Assembly: GCA_004431415.1 (NCBI GenBank)
Contig: QPMI01000406.1
Span: 1,584 to 65,583, forward strand
DNA: 64,000 nucleotides
Reading direction: 5' to 3'
From: Cyanophora paradoxa CCMP329
Lineage: Eukaryota > Plantae > Glaucophyta
Part shown: piece by piece, positions 61,341 through 64,000 of the stretch
Numbering within the stretch: the first letter of the stretch is position 1
Layout: each line of letters begins with the position of its first letter
The notes under the pieces: generated by a model
What the model was told of the DNA's origin: nothing
The model's database searches: none
The model's input: the letters and a program-made list of their open reading frames with translations, nothing else
Made by a program: the position numbers and the translations under genes

Positions 61341-61483
61341 CAGGGTTAATTAGAAGAATGTCACGGATCGTCAGAAGGGTAGCGGGCGAGGAACGGAGAC
61401 CACCATTCTACTATCGCGGTTCCTGAACTGAGCAAGTCCCCAAAAAATCACAAAACGCCAAGCAAAATCAAATTTATTAGGAG

Positions 61484-62571
61484 ATGTTCCTTTTAGCATT
61501 GCTAACCCGTCCTCTAAGATCGTGCGACGCATGTATGACCGAAGACAGGTTTAAGAACCCGTCCGCGATATACGAAGAGCTGAGAAAAGAGGACAAGACC
61601 CTCACATTAAAGAAGTGCAAGATGTCGCAGCGAAACAAGAATTTATGCAGATCAACAAGAAGCCCCCGCACCGACCCAAACAGCTTTTATTCCCATCACA
61701 GCCCCGCCGTGGTGCTACCAAGCGATTCATCTTTTATCTTCATATGGCAGCTATAATTCCGGCTACATTGCAGTCCTTACTCTCATCGAGATGACAGCCG
61801 AAAAGCATATGCCAAGAAGTTAAAGAAAAGAGGGCGCAAGTGTTGCCGCCGCTTTTGCGGAGATGCTTACAGAGCTCCGGCTCGATGATTCGATTGGAGA
61901 CAGATAACGGCTCAGAATTCATCGCGAAGGAGTTTCAGGAGGTCGTTAAAAGCAATGGAATAGAGCACCGCTTTAAACAGGTCGGAGATCACACTTCGCT
62001 GGGAATAATGAATCGCTTTCATTTGACCTAAAAACGATGATAAACAATTACTGTGTCGCATATAATACTGTGCGGTTTATGGACAAGCTGGACGACTTCG
62101 TTTTCAATTATAATAACACCATTCACAGAACCATAGGAATGAAACCCGCGATGTTAAGCTTTCTGATATGGAGCGATCCGAGCGGCTATTATTTCAAGGA
62201 AGAACACAATCGTAAAGGATATATTCAGCGACTTTAAGCCGGGTTCCACGTCGTGTATTATTGCCAAGATCAAAGTTTGATAAAGGAGCACCAAAGGTAT
62301 AGCCGAGAGGTCTACAAAATTGCGGGAAGGAGAGGAAACGCGATAGAGGTGCAAGATGCAGCGGGAACGTAATGCCGAAGCTTTTTAAGCCGCACGAATT
62401 GCAATCATTACAGAGGTCGAGCTGTGGTGGCCATCAGGCAACGCTATTTTAGCGGCTGATGTAGAGGCAGCTTCGATCCGGCAGGTTCAAAAAGAAGGCA
62501 TAGATGTCGCCGCAAGTGTTCCAAAGGCGCATTATTGGAAGATCGCGCAGAAAAGACAAAGAGGGCGCTGA
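61484..62571 (+). pseudogene. Retroviral-type (rve) integrase, frameshifted
   Basis: YQAD (first Asp), SRKAYA, LETDNGSEF (second Asp), GIMNRFHLT, YNNTIHRTIGMKPA, then an FDKG..YSREVYKI C-terminal segment typical of Polinton integrases. Confidence 0.9.
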
Positions 62572-62718
62572 GAGAGCTCGCTAAATTAACGATCGCGGAA
62601 CTGAGAAGCTCTCAGAGGTAAACAGTCAGCGGTGGTATAAATCATTCAAGAATCAGAGCGCAAGCTACACAGCCCCTACTACGCGCATTCTTCGGTCATC
62701 TCGTTCATAACAAACCCC

Positions 62719-62745
62719 GAAATTATTTTCTCCGGTAAATATAAA
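62719..62745 (+). promoter_or_regulatory. Shared viral upstream motif GAAATTATTTTCTCCGGTAAATATAAA before the DUF5710 gene
   Basis: Matches the 57431 copy; the ATG is at 62750. Confidence 0.75.
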
Positions 62746-62749
62746 AGAG

Positions 62750-63060
62750 ATGGAGGGTGAAAAGCATTTGTTGATATTCCGTTGATAAAAAAGACGTTGC
62801 GAAATCCCTCGGTGGAAAGTGGGATCGTGAGAATTCATGCTGGTATGTCATGAAGAAAGATCACCCTATGCTCTCAGTTTCAAAACTCTAAGTATGAGCA
62901 AGTGTATCAAAGAAACGTGAAGGTTTACCTCGATATTCCTTATGAATTTAAGGATCAAGCGAAGGCTGAGAAAGCCCGCTGGGATCCCGTTATGAAATCC
63001 TGGTATGTCATGGGTCTCGATCACCCGCTAATGGGCAAGTTTCCGATCAAGGAGCATTAA
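62750..63060 (+). CDS. Tandem DUF5710-like domain protein (frameshifted)
   Basis: Two copies: FVDIP..KKDVAKSLGGKWDRENSCWYV and VYLDIPYEFKDQAKAEKARWDPVMKSWYV. The gene is not in the ORF track because of indels. Confidence 0.8.
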
Positions 63061-63084
63061 ATATATCTGTCGTTTTTTCATTTT

Positions 63085-63474
63085 TTATGAAATTGGGAAC
63101 CTTTGCTCGACCTGTAAGTCCCACTTTCGAACTTTCAGCCTTTCCTGTATGAGTTCGTTAATGTCCCGTGCTATACCCATTGTCTTCGCTTCGGCATTTG
63201 AGCCGCATGTAAAGATATCGATCGCTAATAGCCCCTGGTCGCTATAAGAGTGAGCTGTGGCATGCGACTCATCTAATAGAAAGCCAATCGCGAAACCGGG
63301 AGGGGAAATAGAGCCATCGAAAATGCAGTGTGCTGGTGCACGATGCGCATATTGCGATCTGTGATATATTGCGATAGGTTCGCTGTGATCCACTCGGCGC
63401 ATGCCTCCGGGGACTCGTAACGGGTCGGTTATATAGTCGAGCATAACGTGGTAGCCGCGGTATCGGGAATCCAT
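63085..63474 (-). CDS. speD: Pyruvoyl-dependent S-adenosylmethionine decarboxylase family proenzyme (prokaryotic class 1B, SpeD/SpeH-like)
   Basis: GYHVMLD...F....PPGF....LLDESHATAHSY...G.LAIDIFTCG, with the conserved E-S-H self-cleavage site and TCG motif. Confidence 0.9.
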   Translation of the reverse strand: MDSRYRGYHVMLDYITDPLRVPGGMRRVDHSEPIAIYHRSQYAHRAPAHCIFDGSISPPGFAIGFLLDESHATAHSYSDQGLLAIDIFTCGSNAEAKTMGIARDINELIQERLKVRKWDLQVEQRFPIS

Positions 63475-63851
63475 TATTATTTAAGTCGATATTTTTGTGA
63501 GCTATGTGGTTTCGTAGCCGCCAAATCGCGCCCTTTGCGAATCAGACCGCGCCACTTCGTAGTAGTGTAGAACTACTCTATACGCGCGCGATGCAAAGTA
63601 TGACTAGTGGAGCCCTCCGGGAACGCGCGCCGGCGCTCAGAATGTAGCGGACACCTCCGTTTTCGGGCACTTGTGCAGAAATCGAGGTCGCTCTTCGCTC
63701 CACGGTGGGCTAAGCTAGTCAAGCTAACCATCATGCCCGGAATCAAGTTGTGAGCACATAGCAATTGAGAGCGCGCCGAGATCGGCTTCCTGTCCAAAGT
63801 TATGCGGAAACGAAAGGGGGTCTCCGCGAAGTCGCGATCGCGATGTTATCG

Positions 63852-63890
63852 AGTCGGGACTCGGACTCGGGACTCGGACTCGGGACTCCG
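63852..63890. repeat. Short tandem repeat (GGGACTC/GGACTC)n
   Basis: AGTCGGGACTCGGACTCGGGACTCGGACTCGGGACTCCGGG is visible directly. Confidence 0.8.
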
Positions 63891-64000
63891 GGAAGTTGGC
63901 AATCGGTCAGTCACTGGTCATGATCAGTCATATATATATGCTACTGGTCAGTCAAGTTTTGGTGTCGCGATCGCTTGTCGTTAAATCGACAAGTAATGGC

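Larger units (their letters stand above)
40150..63580. mobile_element. Endogenous Polinton-like virus (Maverick/Polinton/virophage supergroup), about 23 kb or more
   Basis: Abrupt switch to AT-richer, intronless, tightly packed genes. The hallmark set MCP, penton-like genes, A32 ATPase, PolB, rve integrase and lipase is present. Boundaries are approximate because no TIR or TSD was identified. Confidence 0.93.

Noticed and set aside
53218-62571. Programmed ribosomal frameshifting in MCP, polymerase or integrase
   Set aside because: There are too many scattered shifts without consistent slippery sites. Sequencing indels or decay are simpler explanations.
40150-63580. Bacterial prophage or bacterial contamination suggested by tail fibres and speD
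   Set aside because: The capsid is double jelly-roll type with an A32 ATPase and rve integrase. I saw no terminase, portal, HK97 capsid or consistent Shine-Dalgarno sites.
63495-64000. Terminal inverted repeat matching 40.15-40.6 kb (AGAGTAG/CTACTCT, TCACAAAAA, ACTTGTCGA)
   Set aside because: Only 7-9-nt matches that are not colinear over any length, consistent with chance. The true end may lie outside the window.

Overview
Eukaryotic protist DNA with two compositional halves. The left part (1 to ~40.1 kb) is GC-rich and intron-dense host sequence. It holds a ~139-bp tandem satellite (1-5.5 kb), a hairpin-rich non-coding ~550-bp direct repeat pair (period ~1.53 kb), an AP2-like gene, a LamG-like gene, a nuclear plastid-targeted cyanobacterial-type miaB, a ~15-kb LamG/Cys-rich-repeat membrane protein gene, a zinc-finger/double-RING gene and an F-box gene. 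The miaB transit peptide starts MAAF, which suggests a glaucophyte or related primary-plastid alga (inference), and the gene has many GC-AG introns. The right part (~40.15 kb to at least 63.5 kb) is an AT-richer, intronless, gene-dense endogenous Polinton-like virus (PLV). It encodes a double jelly-roll MCP, two head-to-head penton-like genes, an A32 packaging ATPase, an apparently fused PolB-SF1 helicase-HNH gene and an rve integrase. Its cargo is unusual: a ~9-kb block of phage-type fibre genes (HxH-repeat fibre, C1q fibre plus partner, membrane-anchored fibre), a patatin-discoidin fusion, tandem DUF5710 and an S-adenosylmethionine decarboxylase-family gene. A TATTTTCTCCG motif recurs upstream of several viral genes. 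Many frameshifts in the right arm may be long-read indel errors rather than decay. I found no convincing TIR or TSD inside the window. All assignments come from motif recognition by eye; no database searches were run.
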